Of a DNA stretch of 64,000 nt, positions 1 through 10,000 are shown piece by piece. Made by a program: the position numbers and the translations under genes. The stretch comes from an uncultured Solirubrobacterales bacterium. GTDB lineage: Bacteria; Actinomycetota; Thermoleophilia; Solirubrobacterales; Solirubrobacteraceae. The stretch covers positions 2,565,079 to 2,629,078 of the forward strand of contig OY970251.1 in NCBI GenBank assembly GCA_963715535.1, read 5' to 3'. The notes beneath the pieces are model-generated. The model made no database searches and was not told the origin of the DNA. It worked only from the letters and a program-made list of their open reading frames with translations. Position 1 is the first letter of the stretch. Each line of letters starts with the position of its first letter.

Positions 1-33
1 TGGCCGCTCCGCAGTGGGGAGTGCCGTCGGCGC

Positions 34-339
34 CTACGCCACCCAGCGGGCGTCTGCCAGCTCGTCCCGGTACTTCCCGGTGCTCAGGAACGCCCGCAGC
101 CGGCGACCCTCGGCCAGCGGCCGGACCTTCGCGATCGCCTGGTTGGGCGTGCGCGCCTCGGTCGCATAGGCCTGCTGGTACTCGGCCGAGTCGACGCCCT
201 TGGAGGGATCGGTAGCGAACACGAGATACCCGCGGTTGCGCACCCGCTCGGCGTTGATCTCGGCGATGCGCTTGTTTTCCCGCTCGAGGTCTTTCGCCCA
301 GGCGAACAGGTCGCTCTGGGTGTCGGTGGCTGTGGTCAT
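34..339 (-). CDS. Hypothetical protein (~101 aa, MTTATDTQSDLFAW...)
   Basis: ORF 34..456 with a more plausible ATG at 339 preceded by GGAG. No family recognised. Confidence 0.5.
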   Translation of the reverse strand: MTTATDTQSDLFAWAKDLERENKRIAEINAERVRNRGYLVFATDPSKGVDSAEYQQAYATEARTPNQAIAKVRPLAEGRRLRAFLSTGKYRDELADARWVA

Positions 340-529
340 GGGTTGATCTGCTCCGTGGGGTTCATCTTGCCACTGGGTGGGGACGGGAACGTCGGGGGGG
401 ATGGGGATCAGGGGCTGCTTTTTGTGGGAGACAACAACACAAGTCGTCCGAAACAAGGTGGATGTCGCCGGTCACAGAGCTGGGAGCTCGAGCCAAAGGA
501 TTAGGGACAGCAGACCGCGGTCTTTGGGC

Positions 530-835
530 TTAACGGTTGAGAGGTGCTGGTGTACGAACCGTTTCCCGAGATGTTGATTGACGCTTGCCGGACATTCCAG
601 GTGAGCATTGATCGTTCGTTACGTGGCAGGTATCGACGCCACGCCTGAAGCGAGCAAGCATGGGATCAAGGGCGTGATTGAACTCCGACGTAACCTCTGC
701 CGCGCGAACGTGAACAGCCCACATAAACACCGCGTCGGCAGTACGCGGGAAACCAATGAATGCCACCACCATAATGATCGCCACGAGCCGCGGGAACATC
801 CGGCCAGCGAGCGAGAGCCAATCAAAGGGATCCAT
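530..835 (-). CDS. Small membrane protein
   Basis: Hydrophobic N-terminal segment (LVAIIMVVAFIGF); co-directional, 21 nt after the DUF3892 gene. Confidence 0.5.
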   Translation of the reverse strand: MDPFDWLSLAGRMFPRLVAIIMVVAFIGFPRTADAVFMWAVHVRAAEVTSEFNHALDPMLARFRRGVDTCHVTNDQCSPGMSGKRQSTSRETVRTPAPLNR

Positions 836-856
836 AGTGTTTCATCCGCCTGCCGA

Positions 857-1162
857 TCAGAAGGTTGGGAGGTTGTCGAGGTTGTCTACCTTTGTCCCGT
901 CTGCTCTGGTCTTGATGAATTGCTGGTTGTCGATGATCACGATTTCGACTGGGGCGCCCATGTGCCATTTGCCTCCGCTGGAGGTCGCAGTGCAGAACGT
1001 GTAGCCAGATTCGAGCCAAGCTACGACCTGGGCTCGTGACGCCTGGCTGGCTGAGCCAACTTTGTCGCCTTCATCGGGGTAAATCTGGACTGCTTCGATG
1101 TGCGTGCCGCTAGTGTTGAAGCTCACCGCGGTGATGAGATAGTCGGCCCATTTGATGGCCAT
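857..1162 (-). CDS. DUF3892 family protein
   Basis: ADYLITAV N-terminus and FIKTRADGTKVDNLDNLP C-terminus match the family pattern; GAGG RBS upstream. Confidence 0.8.
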   Translation of the reverse strand: MAIKWADYLITAVSFNTSGTHIEAVQIYPDEGDKVGSASQASRAQVVAWLESGYTFCTATSSGGKWHMGAPVEIVIIDNQQFIKTRADGTKVDNLDNLPTF

Positions 1163-1198
1163 GTTGTGTTCCTCTTAAGTGGTAGATTGATTGTGTGG

Positions 1199-1438
1199 TC
1201 AGGCAATGACCGCAATTGCGGCCACGCCACCTATCGCTCCGCTTCCGGCAGCCGCAAGCCACTTGCTAGTGCCGAGAGCCTTGAGTATTAGCGCAGCGAC
1301 GAACGTGGCAATCGCAGCGATTGCGGCGCGGCCGAGTTCCTTGGGTATGTTGATGTTGTCCACTTGCCTTATTCCTCGTTGTGGTTTGGGATCTTGTTGC
1401 TGCTGGGTCGCCGTCGCCTTACTCATAGATGTGCTCAT
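1199..1438 (-). CDS. Small two-helix membrane protein
   Basis: C-terminal Ala/Gly-rich hydrophobic helices; lies within the minus-strand gene run. Confidence 0.55.
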   Translation of the reverse strand: MSTSMSKATATQQQQDPKPQRGIRQVDNINIPKELGRAAIAAIATFVAALILKALGTSKWLAAAGSGAIGGVAAIAVIA

Positions 1439-1489
1439 CGAGCGGGCGAAGCCCTGGAACTCAGCGTCCTTGCCAAGCCCGAGGTTGTC

Positions 1490-1605
1490 CTATTTCTTTT
1501 TGGCCTGAGCAAGATCGCTTGCAGCTGCGGCTTTCTCGGCTTTCGTCGTCTTCGGGTCGTTCAGCACTTTGGCTGCCTCCGACGCGACTTTTTGCTGGTG
1601 GTCAT
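1490..1605 (-). CDS. Small Lys/Ala-rich peptide (~38 aa, MTTSKKVASEAAKVLNDPKTTKAEKAAAASDLAQAKKK); needs one extra A in an A5 run
   Basis: Strong RBS GGAAAGGAGG before ATG 1605. Adding one A at 1589-1593 gives a clean frame to TAG at 1490-1492. Absent from the ORF track. Confidence 0.6.
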
Positions 1606-1657
1606 GGCTACCTCCTTTCCTTGTCTGGTGGGGTTGCGTGTTGTTCCGGCTTGCCGA

Positions 1658-3163
1658 TCAGCGCGTTCGCCTTCCGTGGCCGGCGATGCGCTCTGCCAGG
1701 CGTTCGCGCATGCGACCGAGTCGCACACGGAAGGAGTTGGCTCTTGCTGCGCGCTCGGCGCGCTCGGTTTCGGCGAGCGGGTGCTGGCCGACGAGCGCGG
1801 TCGTCCGCTCGCCTTTGGCGATCAGCTCGTACTGGTAGGGGCAGGTTGACGCGCAGTCGCGCGTGTCGTTGTCTAGGACGCCGGTGACGGCGTGGTAGGC
1901 CTGTCCGCCGAGGTCTGCGATCCCCTGCGGCGCGGCGACCATCGAGATCATCTGCAGGACCTCCAGCGACGCGGTGTTCATGCTGAAGGCGAACACGTTC
2001 TCGTTGGCGCGCAGCGGGTGGTCCGCGGCGAGGCTCTGAATGTATTTGGGGTCCTCGAGCAGTCCGTCGCGCTCAATGCTGACCGCGGCCGGGTCGTACT
2101 GGCCGAGGCACGCCAGGCAGCGGCGGCCGGGCGCCGCGACGTGCGCCTTCCAATCCGCGCCGAGCATCTGCTGCTGTTCGTTTGTCGCGACGCGGACTCC
2201 GCCGTTGACGACGGGGATCAGGTGGGCGTAGGCCGCGAGGTTCAGCAGGTGGCGCGGCCAGGGCCGGTCCACGCAGCTGAACAGGACGTCGCAGTCCAGT
2301 GCGAGCGCCCATCCCTCGGGCTCTACGACGCTCAGCTCGGAGCTTCTCACCTGGAACTCGGGGTTGGTGGCGCTCTCGCGAAGGGCGCGACTGAGGACCT
2401 CGACCTTGGAGCGCGCCAGAACGACGTCCCTTCTGGTTGCGTGCATGACGCGGTCGAGGTTGTGTTCCTTGATCGCGTCGAAGTCGATCAGCAGCAGGTT
2501 GCCGATGCCGGTCCGGGCGAGCGCCTCGGCGATCATCGAGCCGACGCTGCCGAGGCCGATCACGCCGATGCGCAGCTGCGCCAGCTCGCCCTGGACCTCG
2601 GGGCCCCACGCCGACACGGTCCGCAGGACTCGTTCGTCGATGCGCGGCTCGCGGTTCTGGTGGGGGTCGCGGGTGATGGCCAGGCGGTCGCCGACGACCC
2701 GCACAGTGGCGCAGTCCCTGCGCCGGTAGGCGTTCCGCTCGTTCGGCCACAGTCGCGCGCTCCATGCCTGATCGCCGGTCGCGAGCGTCATGCCGAGCAG
2801 CGGCTTCTCGGTCATCGCGAATGCTTGGGCTGCGTGGCCCTGCTCGGCGGCGATGTCATCGGGGCTCATGTCCTGCCAGTGACGCCCGTGCGGGTGGCTG
2901 TGCAGGAGGGCGAGGCCAGCGCCCTGATCTTCGGCTCGGTCTGCGGCGCGCAGGAAATACTCGCCGGTGAAAGCCACGTTCCCGTGCAGGTGGCGCTCGC
3001 CGTGCTTGGGCACGACGAGTTCGCTGATCAACGCGGTGGTGCGGGTTGCGCCGATGCTGTCTTGGTAGAGGGCGAAGCAGAGGTCCTCCTGACCGTCGGC
3101 GCGGTCGAGGTGGGAGACGAGCGCCTCGTGGATGGTGGTGGTCAGGGCGACGCTATGCGGCAT
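1658..3163 (-). CDS. JAB/JAMM peptidase fused to ThiF/E1 adenylating enzyme
   Basis: N-terminal GQED...HSHP...SPDD JAMM-like motif. ThiF motifs GLGSVGS, DFDAIKEHNLDR and SCVD; Zn motifs CLAC and CASTC. Confidence 0.9.
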   Translation of the reverse strand: MPHSVALTTTIHEALVSHLDRADGQEDLCFALYQDSIGATRTTALISELVVPKHGERHLHGNVAFTGEYFLRAADRAEDQGAGLALLHSHPHGRHWQDMSPDDIAAEQGHAAQAFAMTEKPLLGMTLATGDQAWSARLWPNERNAYRRRDCATVRVVGDRLAITRDPHQNREPRIDERVLRTVSAWGPEVQGELAQLRIGVIGLGSVGSMIAEALARTGIGNLLLIDFDAIKEHNLDRVMHATRRDVVLARSKVEVLSRALRESATNPEFQVRSSELSVVEPEGWALALDCDVLFSCVDRPWPRHLLNLAAYAHLIPVVNGGVRVATNEQQQMLGADWKAHVAAPGRRCLACLGQYDPAAVSIERDGLLEDPKYIQSLAADHPLRANENVFAFSMNTASLEVLQMISMVAAPQGIADLGGQAYHAVTGVLDNDTRDCASTCPYQYELIAKGERTTALVGQHPLAETERAERAARANSFRVRLGRMRERLAERIAGHGRRTR

Positions 3164-3563
3164 CCGCGAGCCTCAGATCGGCGGGCAGCGTGTCGAAGAG
3201 GTGGCGGACGTGGGCCATGAGCGCCGTGGCGGTGTGGTCGGTGGCGGCCCAGTCGGGGTGTGGTCGGCTCCAGTACTGCCAGCTCGGATCGTTGACGCCG
3301 CCCGTTTCGGCGGAATGGACGCCGCAAAGCGGGTGCTCGCCGGCTTCGGCGTTCATGGGCAGCAGGTGAGGTCGCACGAGGACGCCGCCGGGGGCGCTGA
3401 GGCCGAAGTCGGCAGAGACCTTGAAGCCGAGCTCGATCTCCTCGCCGACGAGCGGCCCGAGTTCGACCTCCCAGGCGAAGGTGACGAAGTCCGCCTGGGA
3501 GGTCTCGGGCGCGAGGCCGAGGGCGCGAAGCCCCTCGATCAGCTTCTCCTCCCCGGCGGTCAC
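3153..3563 (-). CDS. Prokaryotic E2/UBC-like protein
   Basis: WQYWSRP..W....T...LMAHV motif typical of prokaryotic E2 family E; overlaps both the Ubl and E1 genes. Confidence 0.75.
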   Translation of the reverse strand: MTAGEEKLIEGLRALGLAPETSQADFVTFAWEVELGPLVGEEIELGFKVSADFGLSAPGGVLVRPHLLPMNAEAGEHPLCGVHSAETGGVNDPSWQYWSRPHPDWAATDHTATALMAHVRHLFDTLPADLRLADAA

Positions 3564-4045
3564 GAGACCGGGGTCGGGCCGAGGGACACGGTGATGAACT
3601 TCATGTCCTTGTGCAGGTGGATTGGCTTGTCGGGGTCCTGCTGATAGGAGACGCGGTCGCGTTTGCCCTTAAGGCGCACGAGATAGTCGGTCTCGACGAT
3701 CTCGCCGACGAGAGCGAGCAGCTCTCGCGCGGTCTGGGTGTGCGAGGGTGCGAGGATGTCCTTGGTGTCGATCACGATCGTTACCGGGTGCTCGCGCTGC
3801 TCCTCGGCCATAAACGTCGAGTGATCGCCGATCGTGATCTCCTCGTCAGGGTCACGGAACTCGCGCTGCTCGCCGCCGATCTCCTCGAGTAGGTACCACT
3901 GGTCGGGCTTCTTGCCCACGAGCGCCAAGATCTCGCTCATAGTCAGGCTGTTCGTCTCGATCTCCAACGGCTCGCCGTTGACCGTGAAGTGCACAGCGTT
4001 CGGGTGCTTCGTCTGCTCGGTCTCGGGATCGGCGGGTGTGCTCAT
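3560..4045 (-). CDS. Multi-ubiquitin domain protein (two beta-grasp units)
   Basis: Two repeats of the pattern F/I-T-VNG/ID...LT..E(I/L)LALVG....YL....D..I.L...F; CAGGAGAG RBS; first gene of the Ubl-E2-JAB/E1 operon. Confidence 0.85.
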   Translation of the reverse strand: MSTPADPETEQTKHPNAVHFTVNGEPLEIETNSLTMSEILALVGKKPDQWYLLEEIGGEQREFRDPDEEITIGDHSTFMAEEQREHPVTIVIDTKDILAPSHTQTARELLALVGEIVETDYLVRLKGKRDRVSYQQDPDKPIHLHKDMKFITVSLGPTPVS

Positions 4046-4121
4046 GGCGTATCTCTCCTGATGTTGACCGGCCCTAGGCGTACTCTAGGAGGAGGCAGCC
4101 AGAGCTTTTATACGATTTCGT

Positions 4122-4148
4122 TGTCTATCATAACAGAAGATGATGACA
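4122..4148. promoter_or_regulatory. Imperfect inverted repeat between the Ubl operon and the XRE-ImmA gene; candidate operator
   Basis: TGTCTATCAT-N8-ATGATGACA in an AT-rich divergent intergenic region. Confidence 0.4.
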
Positions 4149-4168
4149 CGACGCCATAGGCTTCCCAC

Positions 4169-4984
4169 GTGAGCGAGACTGCTGCCTGGGTTGCCCGTCG
4201 AATCCGCGAGGCGCGCAACGATCAAGGATGGACGCAGACCGAGCTCGCCCGACGCATGGAGCGGACGCAGGCCGCTCTGTCCCTATGGGAGGGGGGCAAG
4301 CGGACGCCGGGGCTTGACGATTTGATAGGCCTCGCGCGCGCATTGGAGAAGGAACTCAGCTACTTCTTCCCGCCCGAAGACGTCCGCCAGCCAATCGCGA
4401 TGCTGCTGCGCGGCACCGCCGAGCGGATCGCCAGCCGCGATCTGGAGCAAGTGCTGGACGATCTTCTCGCGGAGGCCGAACGTCTCGGGATGCCAAACAC
4501 CGACATCGAAGTCGGCGCTTCCATGCCGGCACGTGCCGCCGACGAGCTGCTCGACAAGGCCGGAGTTGACGAGCCTCCAGTGCCGGTTGACCAGCTCGCA
4601 CGGGCGTGCGGTGTACTCGTCATCACGAGCACCATGCCCGACGACTTGTCGGGGCTGGTCTTTGAGATGGACCACGGAGCAGTTATCGGCGTCAATGATC
4701 GGCACTCCGAAAACCGCCAACGCTTCTCAATCGCACATGAGCTAGGTCACCACTTGCTCAGCCACCACGACCGCTTTCACATTGATGTCACTGAGGGCGA
4801 TCCACCTGGTTATGACTGGCAAACAGAGCGAGCAGCCAATGAATTCGCCGCGGACCTTTTGATGCCCCGCGACATGGTGACTTCGCGGTTCCCGCACACA
4901 TCGGACACTCAACAGCTCGCGTTGCAGTTTAAGGTTTCGGAGCTTGCGATGGGCTACCGCCTTGTCAACCTTGGACTTCGGTAG
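4169..4984 (+). CDS. XRE-HTH fused to ImmA/IrrE metallopeptidase
   Basis: N-terminal HTH_3 (WTQTELA...LSLWEGGKRTP); RQRFSIAHELGH (HExxH); E..AN.FAA.LLMP. Confidence 0.92.
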   Translation: MSETAAWVARRIREARNDQGWTQTELARRMERTQAALSLWEGGKRTPGLDDLIGLARALEKELSYFFPPEDVRQPIAMLLRGTAERIASRDLEQVLDDLLAEAERLGMPNTDIEVGASMPARAADELLDKAGVDEPPVPVDQLARACGVLVITSTMPDDLSGLVFEMDHGAVIGVNDRHSENRQRFSIAHELGHHLLSHHDRFHIDVTEGDPPGYDWQTERAANEFAADLLMPRDMVTSRFPHTSDTQQLALQFKVSELAMGYRLVNLGLR

Positions 4985-5011
4985 AGCAAGCTAGCAACGC
5001 CTAACAAGTAT

Positions 5012-6091
5012 TTACGGCTGTGTCGCCTTGGTATCGAGCGCGCTGTGTAGCTGGCGGGCGAGCTTGCTACGGGCAGCGTCGAGTTCGTCGGGCTTGTACT
5101 CGATCTGGCGAATATCCTTGAGATCGAATGGGGACGCCTCGGGCTCCTGGCTGAGCAGCACGAGCGGGATTCCGTTTCCTTCGGCGTAGCCCACCTCGTA
5201 GATCACGTTTGCGTTGGCGTCGGTGATGTCGGCGATGACGACGTCTGCGGCGCTGAGTGAGTCAAGAATCTGGGCTGTTATGCGTCCTGGCTTGTCGATC
5301 TCATCTGCTCGCTCCCAGCGGAGCGGCATCCCTTCGCCATGAACGCGCTCGCAGGCGGACTCGATCAGGTCACGTACAGCTTGTGACCACGACTCCCCGA
5401 AGGGCATTGCGATGAACACGTACCGGCGGTCGTCGGTCGGCGTCGAAGGCGTATGCGGTTGCGAGAGCGTGGCGACATCAACCGCGCCGTAGGCGCGACG
5501 CATTTGCTCGGCCGCAAGTTCATCGATACGATTGCGGACCTCTAGGAAGTCCTCGAGCGTCTCGACGCGTCGGAACGGGCGGATGTCTCTACGCAGGTTC
5601 ATTTCCCAGCGCCCAGGATCGCCGTTGATGTTGAGGCTTCCTCCCCAGGAGAGACGCTCGACTTCCGCTAGCACCCATAGCTTCCGAAGGGCGAGCGAAT
5701 CGACCTGCCGACCCTCAGCCGCGAGATCACTGGCGAGCTGCTCGCTCGTCACGCGTGCCTGCTCTGCTTGATGCGGCGAGGAAGGGCGAAACGCACGCTC
5801 TCGCTCAGCGAGCCAGCGCACCGTTCGGATGAACAGCGCGAGGTCATCGTCTGCGTCGTCACAGAGACTAATCGCGCGAACACGAAGGCGAATGCCCGTA
5901 TCATCTCGCAAGACTCTACGGTCGAACTGCGCCAAGTCCTCCGGGATCGAGCGCAGAACCGCGTAGCTGTCTAGGTCCCATCGCTCGTCGGCAATTCGGT
6001 CGATGGCGTCCACCACGGGCCATTCGCCACTCTCACGAAACACGTCGTAGACGGCCTGGATCACTCGTTGCTGGTCGGCGGTGAGTGGCAC
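5012..6091 (-). CDS. Protein with C-terminal nucleoside 2-deoxyribosyltransferase-like domain
   Basis: VFIAMPF...RADE...ADVVIADIT..NANVIYEVGYA...PFDL motifs. Start taken at GTG 6091, although the ORF is open to 6205. Confidence 0.8.
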   Translation of the reverse strand: MPLTADQQRVIQAVYDVFRESGEWPVVDAIDRIADERWDLDSYAVLRSIPEDLAQFDRRVLRDDTGIRLRVRAISLCDDADDDLALFIRTVRWLAERERAFRPSSPHQAEQARVTSEQLASDLAAEGRQVDSLALRKLWVLAEVERLSWGGSLNINGDPGRWEMNLRRDIRPFRRVETLEDFLEVRNRIDELAAEQMRRAYGAVDVATLSQPHTPSTPTDDRRYVFIAMPFGESWSQAVRDLIESACERVHGEGMPLRWERADEIDKPGRITAQILDSLSAADVVIADITDANANVIYEVGYAEGNGIPLVLLSQEPEASPFDLKDIRQIEYKPDELDAARSKLARQLHSALDTKATQP

Positions 6092-6561
6092 GAGTGCGGA
6101 TTGTCGCCGAAAGATGATGCGCGACGCAGTCCAAGCGTCCTCTGTGTTCGCAGAAGTCGTTAGAGCGGTCACCAGTTTTACGAACTTTGCAGACCATGCC
6201 GGCAAGGCGCTGTCGATAGGCGCGAACCCCCGCGATCGAGCGAGCCGTCCCAGGCCGAGGCTACGCTCAAAGAAGAAGAGGAAGCATCGAGCTCTTCGGA
6301 CTTCGGTCTACCTGACCGTCATCGAGTAGCGGCTTACGCCCGAGACCTTCGGACCGCCCTGACTCCTTCGACGGCCACACGCTCAACAGAGACATGCCGG
6401 AGTTGTACAGGGCCCGCCGCTGGGATAGGCATCGACAAGGCAGGAAGGAACATCATGGGTTGGACAGCTGGACATCTAAAAGGACCACAAATCTCTCAGC
6501 CACATCGCTACTTCGACGAGGCGGCGCTGGTGGTGTGGGCGAGCGTTGGGGAAAAGCTCTC

Positions 6562-6999
6562 ATGAGCGCCAACCAAAACCTAGAACAGCAGCTGCTCTGC
6601 ACGCAATGTGAGATCGTCCCAGAGGCCGTATGGCAAATCTCTCAGGTGTGCGGCCAGGACGGGTACGAGCGTATGAACACTGCGCGGGCACGCGGATGGA
6701 CAGCGATCCCGTCGTGGGGCCTCGAGGGTTGGGGTCTCGGCGCTTGGCCACTAGTGATCATTTTTCATCGACACAGTGCAGATGGCTTCGAGCTTGCCTA
6801 TGACGTCGAAGGCGACATCACCGTCTATCGGTACCCGACGCGCGAGCTTCGCGACGCAGCGACGGATTGCCTGGCCTTCTGGCGCTGGAAGCACGACAGC
6901 GCGGGGTGGGTCGATGATGTCGACAGCATCGATGACGCCCCGGATCGTCTGCGCGGGCGATTTTCATGGGAGCGCCTCAACGCAGCCGAGAAGGCTTGA
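6562..6999 (+). CDS. Hypothetical protein (Trp-rich)
   Basis: Likely start ATG 6562 (MSANQNL); protein-like composition; converges on hsdR. Confidence 0.55.
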   Translation: MSANQNLEQQLLCTQCEIVPEAVWQISQVCGQDGYERMNTARARGWTAIPSWGLEGWGLGAWPLVIIFHRHSADGFELAYDVEGDITVYRYPTRELRDAATDCLAFWRWKHDSAGWVDDVDSIDDAPDRLRGRFSWERLNAAEKA

Positions 7000-7019
7000 T
7001 CAGGCCCGACGATACGAGC

Positions 7020-10000
7020 TCACGCCGCAAGCTCGTAGACGGAGTGGCCGTCGTCCCAGTAGGAGTCGAACACGTGTTGGTAGACCGCGTCGCACTTCTG
7101 CGTGTATATCTGGCGCGTAAAAGCGTCTGGCAGTTGGTCGAGCGTCTCCTCGACCGTCACGCGCACGGCGGCGCGGGTGGCCTGCTGCTTGCGCCAGTCG
7201 AGCACGAGCTTGCCGCGCTTGAGCGTCGAGAGGAGCTTGTCGGCCACCTGCTTGACCTGCGTCTTCTCGGCCTCCGACAGGTCCGGGGCGGGCCGCATCA
7301 ACAGGTCGAAGATCGCGAGCTGCTCCTCGTCGAGCCCCTCGGAGAGCGCTCGCGCCTCCTCCTCCGTCAGATCCTGCTTGAACGCCAGGAGCTCTTTGAA
7401 GAAGGTCTCGGTGTTGACGCTGCCGGCGTTGTAGTCGGCGACCAGCTGCTCGAACCGCTCGACGAGATCGACGCGCATCGGGTTGAGCCGGACGAGCGCG
7501 CCGATCCGCGCGGAGAGAAGCGACCGGAGCCGCTGCGCGGCGGTGCGCGGCCGTCCCTGCCTGAAGGCCGCTTCGAGACCGTCCCAGTCGACGGTCCCGA
7601 GGTCGAACAACGAGTTGGCATCGCTGGCGGGGATCAAGTACTCGTTGGCGGCTACGGAGTCGTCGAGCAGCTGCTCGACGCGGCCCATCACGCTGGAGAC
7701 GTCTGGGCGCTCGGTGTACTCGGCGATCCCGTCCGCGAGGAACTTGGCGACGGCGCGCAGCCGGCTGAACTCGTTGGCACGGGTGTCGGGCAGGATCGCC
7801 TTGTAGAGTCGGTCGACGAGCGCGGCGCGTGCGAGGAATGCGACCTGCTCGTCGTCGTCGGCCATCAGCATCTCGACCGTTTGCTTGCCCGCGGCTACCA
7901 GCTCAAACCCTTTGAGCTTGGCGAGCTGGTCGAGGTCGACTTCGCGGCTTGAGCAGAACGAGCGGAGGTCGTCGATCGCGGATTTGAGAGCGTCGACGAG
8001 GGCGCCCTTCTCCTCGATCGGAACCTCGTCGGCCTTGCCGCCGGTCGCGTAGATCGCGAGCGCCTTCTGGAGGTTGCGGAACACGTCGACGTAGGCGACG
8101 ATCAGCCCGCTGTTCTTTTCAGGGAATACCCGGTTGGCGCGCGTGATCGTCTGCATCAGCGTGTGGTTGCGCAGCGGCTTGTCGAGGTAGACGGTGGAGA
8201 GCGAGGGGACGTCGAACCCGGTGGTCCACATCGAGCAGACGAACACGAGCCGCAGCGGGTCGAGGGGGTCCTTGAACTTGTCCTCGAGCTTCTCCTCGAC
8301 GATGCGTTTGCGGTAGGGCTTGATGTCGATGCCGTGTGCGGTCATCTCCGCGATCTCGTTCTGGGATTGGGAGATGACGACGGCCATATCTGTCGAGCGC
8401 ATGAAGGCGACCTCTTGAGAGAGCAGGTCGTGCTCTTCTGGGCCCAATCCATTTGACTTCAGGCGGGCCTCGTTCGCTTCGAGGCGCTGCTTCCAGTGCT
8501 GCTGGACCTTCTCGAACGTGCGGACGGCCGTGACCTTGTCGATCGACACGACGAGCCCCTTGCCGGGGAAGCCGCGGCCGAGGAAGTGTTCGACGATGTC
8601 TTTCGCGACCGCGTCGAGCCGGTCGTCGCGGGTGATCAGCTGGTATTGCTGGCCGAGAGCTCTGGCGAGCTGGCGTTCCTCGGTCTCGTCGAGGTCGGCC
8701 TCCTCGACGATCGCCGTGAGGTCGTCGGCGAAGGTGGGGTTCTTGATCGCGACCTGGGGGATGCGGTTCTCGTAGTAGAGCGGGACCGTGGCGTGATCGG
8801 CGGTCGAAGCCGCGAAGTTGTAGATCGACACGTAGTCCCCGAACACCTCGCGCGTGCGCTCCTCGCCCGCAATCAGCGGGGTGCCGGTGAACCCCAGGAA
8901 GCTCGCGTTCGGTAGCGCGTTGCGCATGTTGAGCGCGAGGATGTCGTACTGGGTCCGGTGCGCCTCGTCGGTGATCACGATCACGTCATCGCGGTCTGAG
9001 AGGGCCGGGTGGACCTCTCCCTGTTCGGTCCGGAACTTCTGGATCAGGGTGAACACGTACCGGTGGTCCTCACCGAGTAGTCGGCGGAGATGGGCGGTGC
9101 TGTCGGCGCGGACGTGCTCCTCGGCGAGGACTCCAGACCGGAGGAACTCCTTGTGGGCCTGCTCGTCGAGGTCCTCGCGGTCGGTCACGATTACGAACGA
9201 CCAGTTACCGGGCTGCTTGCGCAGCACCTTCTGCGAGAAGAACAGCATCGAGAGCGTCTTGCCGGATCCCTGCGTGTGCCAGAAGACACCGAGCTTGCCG
9301 CACTCCTCGGGCGGGGCGTCGCGGAGCTCCCGCATACGCGCGAGCGTGTTGTTGACGCCGAGGTACTGGTGGTTGCGGGCGAGCAGCTTGACGAGCCCGC
9401 CTGGGCGGTCCTGGAAGGCGAGGAAGTTCTCGACCAGGTCGAGCACGCGCTCCTTCGTGCACATGCCGCGGATCACCGTTTCGAGCGAGACGACGCCCTC
9501 CTCGCCCTCGGAGTTGATCTTCTTCCACTCCGAGAAGTACTCCCAGCCCGAGGTGATCGTCCCCACCTTCGTGTCAGCGCCGTTGGAGAGGATGATGAAA
9601 CCGTTTGGCTCGAAGACGTGTGGGATCGCGTCGCGATAGTCGCTGAGGTTGTCGTTATAAGCGTGCTTGAGGTTCTTGTGCGAGGCCTTCAGCTCGATGA
9701 AGATGAGGGGGATGCCGTTGATGAACCCGACAAGATCAGCGCGGCGCTTGTAGAGGTCCGAATGGACCCAGAGCTGGGAGACGAGCAGGAAGTCGTTGTT
9801 GTCGGGGTGCTCCCAGTCGATGACGGCGAGCTTCTCTGGGATCGGGGTCCCGTCGGGCTGGCGGACGGGCACCTCGACGCGCTCACGGAGCAGTGCGTGA
9901 ATCTCCGCGTTGGCGCGCGCGTAGTGCATGGCGGTGCGAGGCTTGGTGATCTCGTTGACCGCGTCGTCGATAGCCTCGCTCGGCGTCTCCGGATTGAGGC

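Noticed and set aside
1892-3220. Long antisense or alternate-frame ORFs (also 9090-10346, 16540-17814, 41568-43907, 42406-43734, 47919-49634)
   Set aside because: Shadows of real genes caused by high-GC codon bias; Arg/Pro/Ala-rich with no motifs.
7067-7080. SOS-like box CGAACACGTGTTGG
   Set aside because: One mismatch, inside the hsdR coding 3' end, and no nearby gene start.
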